From contig JAJRZU010000054.1 in NCBI GenBank assembly GCA_024275075.1, forward strand, positions 6,546 to 70,545: a stretch of 64,000 nt of DNA. The letters are read 5' to 3'. Below the pieces are notes generated by a model, which was given only the letters and a program-made list of their open reading frames with translations, did no database searches and was not told the origin of the DNA. Positions 56,759 through 64,000 of this stretch are shown one piece after another. The first letter of the stretch is position 1. Every line of letters begins with the position of its first letter. Both the position numbers and the translations under genes were made by a program. This DNA comes from Deltaproteobacteria bacterium (lineage in GTDB: Bacteria > Desulfobacterota > JAJRXV01).

Positions 56759-57355
56759 ATGAACAGTAACGATTCAATTACAGTGGCGGTAACCGGTGCG
56801 AGCGGCTCGGTTTACGCAGACAGACTTATCTGTGTCCTTTCCGAGATGGGCTTCTGGATCGACCTCATCGTCTCAGATTCAGGGCGGAAGGTGATCGCTC
56901 ACGAGCTTGGTATCACCGATGTGGAAGAACACTTTGCCGGTAGCGCAAACATCACCTGCCATGATAACCGCGATATCGCCGCGTCGATAGCGAGCGGGAC
57001 GAGTACGGCGAAGAGGATGGTGGTGATACCCGCGTCCATGGGCACCACCGCCCGGATAGCCGCGGGCATTTCGTCATGCCTGGTCGAGCGCGCGGCGGAC
57101 GTTGTGATAAAAGAGCGCGGGAACCTTGTACTCGTACCCAGGGAGTCGCCGATGAGCCCGATACATCTGCAAAACCTTTTGACCCTGTCCAGGATCGGTG
57201 TCACGATAGTACCGGCGGCGCCGGGTTTCTACCACAAACCCCGCTCGATAGACGACCTCGTTGATTTCATCGTCACCAAAACGCTTGACGTGCTTGGCAT
57301 CAAGTCTGACCTTATAAAAAGGTGGCCTGCAAGCGTAACGCTTGACCAAATATAG
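56759..57355 (+). CDS. ubiX: UbiX-family flavin prenyltransferase
   Basis: ITVAVTGASGSVYA..flavoprotein fold and the conserved PASMGT..IAAG block. Confidence 0.85.
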   Translation: MNSNDSITVAVTGASGSVYADRLICVLSEMGFWIDLIVSDSGRKVIAHELGITDVEEHFAGSANITCHDNRDIAASIASGTSTAKRMVVIPASMGTTARIAAGISSCLVERAADVVIKERGNLVLVPRESPMSPIHLQNLLTLSRIGVTIVPAAPGFYHKPRSIDDLVDFIVTKTLDVLGIKSDLIKRWPASVTLDQI

Positions 57356-57496
57356 GCCTCCGTTGTCGGACTGCAAACGTAACGCTTGACCCTGAACCTG
57401 TAGAGCCTAATGGAAATAATAGATCCCGGATCAAGCCTGGGATGACGATCTTTCAGACCATGCAGATGTCTTTTAAATTCTAAGGGCATCATGCCC

Positions 57497-58594
57497 TTAG
57501 AACATGAACTTTCTCATGCTTATGCTGAGCATGAACCCGAAGCAGATGAACGCCATTATGACAGAAGATCCACCGTAGCTGAAGAGCGGGAGGGTGATCC
57601 CGACGACGGGGAGTATCCCGATGACCATCCCGATGTTGATGATGATCTGCCAGAAGAACATAGCGGTGATCCCGATTGCGGCGATCGCACCGAACTTCTC
57701 CTTCGAGTGGCTCGATATTTTGAAGCCCCATAGAAGTAGCGCCAGAAAGAGCGTCAGGACGAGCGTACACCCGACAAAGCCCCACTCCTCGGCGAGTACG
57801 GAGAATATGAAATCGGTATGGTGCTCTGGTAAGAACCTCAGGTGACTTTGGGTGCCCTGCCTGAACCCCTTACCGGCAAACGCGCCCGACCCGATCGCGA
57901 TCTTCGACTGCATGATGTGGTAGCCTTTGTTCAACGGGTCGTAATCCGGTGAGAAGAGTGTTATTATCCGCTGCCGCTGGTAGTCTTTCAGCATAAACCA
58001 TGCGAACGGCGAGAGTAGCATAGCGGATATCAGGATGATTATAAACGTCTTAATATTGATCTTGACGAACAGTATCATTGATATGGCGATTATGATCAGG
58101 ATGAGAGCGGAGCCCAGGTCCGGTTCCTTTAGTATCAGCAGCGCCGGCAGAGCGACCATGAGTATCGGTACTGTCAGGTCTTTCAGTCTGTACGATTATA
58201 TGACGCTGTCGTTGTGGAAGTACTTTGCGAGCGCGAGGATGACCGCGATCTTCATCGGTTCTGACGGCTGTACCCGAAAGACACCGAAGCTTAGCCACCG
58301 CTGTGAGCCGCCCGCTGTCTTGCCGACAAAGAGCACGAGGATGAGGAGCAGGATGCAGAATGCGTAAAAGAAGTACGCGTACTGTTCATATTTCCTGTAA
58401 TCGATGAGGAATGTCACAGTCATTATCAGTATCCCTAAGCCCATCCAGTACATCTGTTTTACGTATATCGGGGTACCGGCGCCGGTGAGAGTATATGACG
58501 CGCTGTACAGGTTGATGATACCGATAGTTCCCAGGATCATTATGAGCGCCAGGTATACCCAGTCGAAGTTGAGGATGAGCCGCCTGTCAAACAT
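57497..58594 (-). pseudogene. rodA: SEDS-family rod-shape protein RodA interrupted by an in-frame TAA (58196..58198)
   Basis: Track ORFs 58196..58594 (N-terminal 132 aa) and 57497..58159 (C-terminal 220 aa) are in the same frame. Together they give a full-length RodA/FtsW-like protein (..PSEPMKIAVILALAKYF..|TAA|..LKEPDLGSALI..). Only one stop codon separates them. Confidence 0.7.
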
Positions 58595-60422
58595 TATCGC
58601 CGTCTCCTTTTATTACCGTGAAGTAGAAATCGATTATCTTTTTCGCGATAGGCGCTGCGGCAGACCCGCCGTGCCCGCCATGCTCGACTAACACCGAGAT
58701 GGCGATCTGAGGGTTCTCCGCCGGCGCATAGGAGACGAACCACGCATGGTCGCGCAATTCATAAGGGATCTCCTCTCCCGCTGGAAGGGTCGTTGTCTTT
58801 CCACTGAATACCTGTACGGTACCGGTTTTGCCAGCCGCCGTCACCGACTCTGGTTTCGAGCCGCGCGCCGTACCGTGAGCTGAATACATCACCCCGAACA
58901 TACCCTCGCGAATTATATCGATAGTCTCCTTTTGGATAGGTAGTTTTCTCATCTTATGCAGTGGCTGATCCTCTCTGGTATCCTTGTCTGCCCGAAATTC
59001 CCTCACCAGATGCGGTGCGGGAATATATTCACCATTCGCGATCGTCGCGGTCAACAAAGCGACCTGCAACGGTGTTACCAGGACGTAGCTCTGACCGATC
59101 GCGACAGAGATAGTCTCCCCTTTGAACCAGGTTGATTTCAGCGCGCGCCGCTTCCAGAGCGTCGTCGGTATCAAGCCATGCTTTTCATACTCCAGGTCGA
59201 TGTTGGTCATCTCACCAAGCCCGAATTTATTCGCGTACTCGGCGATCGAATTTACGCCAAGCACCCCGCCTATATTATAAAAGTAGACATCACATGACTG
59301 TGCGATAGCGTCTATCAGGTTTATCTTACCATGCACGGCTTTCTTCCAGCACGAGAACCGCGAGCTGCCAAGCCTGAAGGAACCGTTGCAGAAAAAGGTG
59401 CTATCCTTAGTTATTATCCCTTCTTCCAAGGCAGCGGCGGCGGTGACAAGCTTAAAGACGGACCCCGGTGAATACTGCCCGGATATGACTTTGTTTTGCA
59501 GCGGCAGGAAAGGGTCTTCAGAGAGTATCTTCCAGTCCTTTGAGGAGATCCCTTTGACAAAGAGTGACGGGTCGAAATTCGGCTTGCTGAACTGCGCTAA
59601 TATTCCACCATTTTTTACATCCATGACAACAACGGCGCCCGCAGATCCCACAAAAGCGGCCTCAACGAACTGCTGTAGTTTAGCGTCCAGAGTCAGGTAT
59701 ATCGCGCTCCCGGGCTGCGCTTCCCTCATAGTGAGCGTTGTCAGCTCCCTGCCGAAAGCATCCACTTCGACCTCTTTAAAGCCGTCCTTACCTCTTAATA
59801 AACTCTCGTATACTTTCTCGATACCGAAATTACCGATTAGGTCACCCGCTTTATAGCCCTTGTACTTCTCTAACGCGAGCTTTTGGGAGTTGATCTCACT
59901 TAAGTACCCGATGATATGAGAAGCAGATTTTTTGAAAGGGTAGTGCCTGACGGACTCGACGATTATCTCGATACCGGGCATATTAAGTTTATGCGCCTCG
60001 ATTTTCGACAGGTCGGCGCGCGACAGGTTCTCTAACAAAACCACAGGCTTAAATGGCGGCTTAAACCTCGCCGCATGAATCTTCTCTTTAAGCTTCGCTT
60101 TATCGACACAGATAGTGTAGGCGAGGTTGTCTAAGAGCGCATCGATATCTTTGACATTTTCAGGTATCACGGCAAGGTTGAAGTACGGGTAGTTATCGAC
60201 CAGCGTCACACCATTACGGTCGTATATCTTACCGCGCATCGCTTTGATCGTTTTTAACCGTATCCGGTTGTTCTCAGCCAGGTCTTTATAATAGCCCGCT
60301 TTGACTACCTGCATGTACCAGAGCCGGATAGAGATAATCATAAAGATGACGATTATAACGCCGGCGAAGACTTTGTACCTTGTTTTATACGATTTATGGC
60401 TGAACCGGTTTGATACTGTCAA
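58587..60422 (-). CDS. mrdA: Penicillin-binding protein 2 (elongasome transpeptidase)
   Basis: PBP dimerisation domain plus transpeptidase motifs (SxxK in GSVFKLVTAAAALE, SxN, KTG in AGKTGT). Confidence 0.9.
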   Translation of the reverse strand: MTVSNRFSHKSYKTRYKVFAGVIIVIFMIISIRLWYMQVVKAGYYKDLAENNRIRLKTIKAMRGKIYDRNGVTLVDNYPYFNLAVIPENVKDIDALLDNLAYTICVDKAKLKEKIHAARFKPPFKPVVLLENLSRADLSKIEAHKLNMPGIEIIVESVRHYPFKKSASHIIGYLSEINSQKLALEKYKGYKAGDLIGNFGIEKVYESLLRGKDGFKEVEVDAFGRELTTLTMREAQPGSAIYLTLDAKLQQFVEAAFVGSAGAVVVMDVKNGGILAQFSKPNFDPSLFVKGISSKDWKILSEDPFLPLQNKVISGQYSPGSVFKLVTAAAALEEGIITKDSTFFCNGSFRLGSSRFSCWKKAVHGKINLIDAIAQSCDVYFYNIGGVLGVNSIAEYANKFGLGEMTNIDLEYEKHGLIPTTLWKRRALKSTWFKGETISVAIGQSYVLVTPLQVALLTATIANGEYIPAPHLVREFRADKDTREDQPLHKMRKLPIQKETIDIIREGMFGVMYSAHGTARGSKPESVTAAGKTGTVQVFSGKTTTLPAGEEIPYELRDHAWFVSYAPAENPQIAISVLVEHGGHGGSAAAPIAKKIIDFYFTVIKGDGDNV

Positions 60423-60423
60423 A

Positions 60424-60930
60424 TCAATACCTTCCTTGCTCTTCTTCTCTCACCTTTAAATATAACCGCTCTATCCTTTCAAGTAAAGGGTACATTATAA
60501 GCGCCGTTACTGAATTGATGAGTGATAAATAGATACAATCCCATATAATGCCAAAAAATCTGTAACCGCCGCCTAAGAAATGATAGCTTAAGTAGATAGA
60601 GTCAAGGATGCTGACGGCAAACGTTATCAACATAAAGAAATAAGCGTTCATCGAGAAGAATTTCATATTGAAGAAGCGTGTCATAAGATATGTGATGGTT
60701 CTTAGCATAGTAAAGAACCCGATAGTGCTGCCAGAGAAGATATCAAACAGGTAACCAAGGCTGAACGCGATGAAGATGTCGGTATCCTTGTCAGAAGTGA
60801 CTGCCACGTAGATGACCATTATCAGTATTATGTCAGGTTTTGTCTTTATAATACTAACATACTTCAGCAAAAGAGTATAGCTTATCAGGAAAATCAATGC
60901 CGATATTGTAAAAATAAAATATTTCTTCAT
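60424..60930 (-). CDS. mreD: Rod shape-determining protein MreD
   Basis: 168-aa, 5-TM protein in the conserved mreBCD-mrdA-rodA order. Confidence 0.7.
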   Translation of the reverse strand: MKKYFIFTISALIFLISYTLLLKYVSIIKTKPDIILIMVIYVAVTSDKDTDIFIAFSLGYLFDIFSGSTIGFFTMLRTITYLMTRFFNMKFFSMNAYFFMLITFAVSILDSIYLSYHFLGGGYRFFGIIWDCIYLSLINSVTALIMYPLLERIERLYLKVREEEQGRY

Positions 60931-61790
60931 TATTTGTTCTTCTGAGTTATCTTGTGCATCTCATCTAATAACTCTTCCTTCTTGATTATCACTAAAACTT
61001 CCTCGAGCTTGTCAAAATCGACAAACGGTTCTACTATTGTGTTCTGGAACAGCTCATAATCACTTTTCGTTACACTTATCACCTTACCGACCAGCAGGCC
61101 CTTGGGGTATATCCCGTCCATCCCTGAAGTGATAATCGTATCGTCTATCTTTACATCCTCCTTGTTCAACAGATAATCTATCTTACATAAGCTGTCTTTC
61201 AGACCCTTCGCGATCCCCTTCGCGCGGCTTCTGCGGTTAATAACATCAATGCCGCTGTTATTGTCGATGATCAGAAGCACCTGAGCGAAATTGTTCGTCG
61301 TGTAAATAGTATGACCGACAATCCCTTTCTCTGTGACGACGGCAAGCCCTGGCAAGATCCCGTGTTTCTTACCCTTATCGATTATTATCGTATTAAGCCA
61401 TGATGACGCGCCTTTCGCCACTACCTCTGCTGATACGGCCTCGTTTTGTAATGTCTTCTTAAACTCAAGCAGGTTCCTTAGCCGTTCATTGGCGATCTTT
61501 ATCTCTTTGAGTTCCTCTACCTTCGCGCTTAATTTAGTCAACTTCTGTTTTAATGCAACATTCTCCTTCTTGACGTCAAACAAGAAGATATAATTGTCAA
61601 TCGCGCTGTAAAAGGATGATGAGATATTGCCGATCAGCTTTTGTACCGGTAACGTCGCGTCTAAGATGAGCCTTTGGAACCCGTTAAGATCCTTTTTTGA
61701 CTTAATGTTTGAGGAATATATATTTATTGAGAGAAAGAAAAGAGTGATGAAGAGTATAGATAGTTTGTGCCTTTTTATGAAATCAATCAT
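60930..61790 (-). CDS. mreC: Rod shape-determining protein MreC
   Basis: N-terminal TM, coiled coil (ENVALKQKLTKLSAKVEELKE) and beta domains (VVTEKGIVGHTI..; IITSGMDGIYPKGLLVGKV). Confidence 0.8.
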   Translation of the reverse strand: MIDFIKRHKLSILFITLFFLSINIYSSNIKSKKDLNGFQRLILDATLPVQKLIGNISSSFYSAIDNYIFLFDVKKENVALKQKLTKLSAKVEELKEIKIANERLRNLLEFKKTLQNEAVSAEVVAKGASSWLNTIIIDKGKKHGILPGLAVVTEKGIVGHTIYTTNNFAQVLLIIDNNSGIDVINRRSRAKGIAKGLKDSLCKIDYLLNKEDVKIDDTIITSGMDGIYPKGLLVGKVISVTKSDYELFQNTIVEPFVDFDKLEEVLVIIKKEELLDEMHKITQKNK

Positions 61791-61833
61791 ATCTTTTTTT
61801 CATTATATTAGATAGAAACAGGTGAATGATAAA

Positions 61834-62898
<1,065 letters not shown>

Positions 62899-63078
62899 TC
62901 AGGTTGGTTGATAAAAGAACACCCGTAAGTTTACACGCCTATTTTAACAGCAAAATCAATATAACAAAGACGCTTGAATATATCAAGAAAAAATATAAAA
63001 AAATGTTGCATTTTACTACTTAATACTTTAATATACCCCACGCTTTTACTTCACAAAAAACAAAGGGGAGGACATTTA

Positions 63079-64000
63079 ATGTTAAACTTATTAAGTAAAA
63101 ATGTCCAGAACATAATAATCAAGATCATCTTGGGGTTGATCGTACTGGTGTTCATGTTCTGGGGTTTCAGCGGCGGTTACAATACAAGAACGAGCGTAGT
63201 GATCGCTTCTGTCAACGGCAGGGAGATATCAAGAGTTGAACATGAGCAGGCTTATGATCGGATGTTAAGTAATTTTAAGAACCAGATGAAACAGTTTCAG
63301 GGGGACATGTCAAATGAGCTACTCGAGAAGCTGAACATCAGGCAACGCGCGCTGGATGAGCTGATAAAAAAGATTCTGTTGCAGCAGGAAGCTAAGAACC
63401 TGAACTTTGTCGTGAATAACAAGGAGATCAAGGACGCGATCAAGAACTACCCTGAATTCCAGGAGAACGGCAGATTCAGTTTAGAAAGGTATATGTTCAC
63501 TTTAAAGCAAAACCGCATACGACCGGTAGAATTTGAGAACAGCCGGCGGGATATGCTGTTGTTGGCTAAAGTGGAAAATATAATTACTGATTCCGTCCAG
63601 GTGAGTGATATAGAGGCATTGAACGAATATAAGAGAAGGAATGAGAAAGTATCCATCAATTATTTAAAGTTCAACCCGGTAGACTTCAAGGATAAGGTGG
63701 AAGTGACAGACGACGAGCTGAAAGCGTATTTTAATGAGAACGCGGCTTCGTTTAATATTCAACCGAAAGTGAAGACAGAGATATTGGCGTTTGAAAACGA
63801 CGCTTTTGCGAGAAAAGCTGAAGTTACTGACGATGAGATAAAAGATTACTATATAAAAAACAAAGATGATTTCATTCAGGATGAAGAGGTCAAAGTAAGC
63901 CACATTCTGATCAAATCGACTCTTGGGGAGGATCCCCAAAAGAGGGCTGACGCAAAGAAAGAGGCCGAGGAGGTCTTGCACAAGTATAATAACGGTGAGG
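63079..64000 (+). CDS. ppiD: Periplasmic chaperone PpiD/SurA-like (N-terminal part; runs off the window end)
   Basis: GGAGG RBS then ATG at about 63079. N-terminal TM anchor (IIKIILGLIVLVFMFWGF), then a PpiD-like chaperone region (ASVNGREISRVEHEQAY...) and SurA-N-like repeats. No stop before 64000. Confidence 0.6.
   Translation, partial: MLNLLSKNVQNIIIKIILGLIVLVFMFWGFSGGYNTRTSVVIASVNGREISRVEHEQAYDRMLSNFKNQMKQFQGDMSNELLEKLNIRQRALDELIKKILLQQEAKNLNFVVNNKEIKDAIKNYPEFQENGRFSLERYMFTLKQNRIRPVEFENSRRDMLLLAKVENIITDSVQVSDIEALNEYKRRNEKVSINYLKFNPVDFKDKVEVTDDELKAYFNENAASFNIQPKVKTEILAFENDAFARKAEVTDDEIKDYYIKNKDDFIQDEEVKVSHILIKSTLGEDPQKRADAKKEAEEVLHKYNNGE

Overview
This 64 kb window looks like a diderm (Gram-negative-type) bacterial chromosome segment with AT-leaning, Lys-rich coding. 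It carries about 55 protein genes and one tRNA-Ala, and I saw no rRNA or CRISPR array. Main blocks, in order: (1) a divergent leuS 5' end; (2) a minus-strand chemotaxis operon cheY-cheA-cheW-cheW-HEAT-cheR-cheB (211..7732); (3) a plus-strand minor-pilin operon (8181..17435) behind a sigma-54-type -24/-12 promoter, ending in a giant 2344-aa PilW-like protein with Ca-loop motifs and about 10 Cys-bracketed Ig-like repeats, which is the most unusual feature of the window; (4) a hybrid histidine kinase, an ArsR regulator, a SPOR protein, and a MOSC/MogA pair; (5) a DUF39 homocysteine-biosynthesis gene next to an Rrf2 regulator, with uspA and hom sharing a conserved roughly 55-nt leader motif; (6) two large polytopic membrane, glycosyltransferase-like proteins; (7) a low-GC two-gene islet (29.5-30.2 kb) encoding a (KQVA)n tandem-repeat peptide and an HGC-motif protein; (8) an 11-heme cytochrome lipoprotein, an OMP, a deoxyhypusine-synthase-like gene, tRNA-Ala, a LysM protein, ftsB, a GGDEF cyclase, ribF, aroE, an MCP, a PstS-like binding protein, a tetraheme cytochrome and a dksA-like gene; (9) TPR/GT2 genes, larC, rsmI, a sigma-54 activator, hisIG and ubiX; (10) mreBCD-mrdA and a rodA interrupted by an in-frame TAA, then ppiD. 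A roughly 65-nt hairpin-rich intergenic repeat occurs four times, mostly in 5' leaders. Coordinates taken from the ORF track are exact. Motif coordinates I located by hand may be off by about 2 nt.
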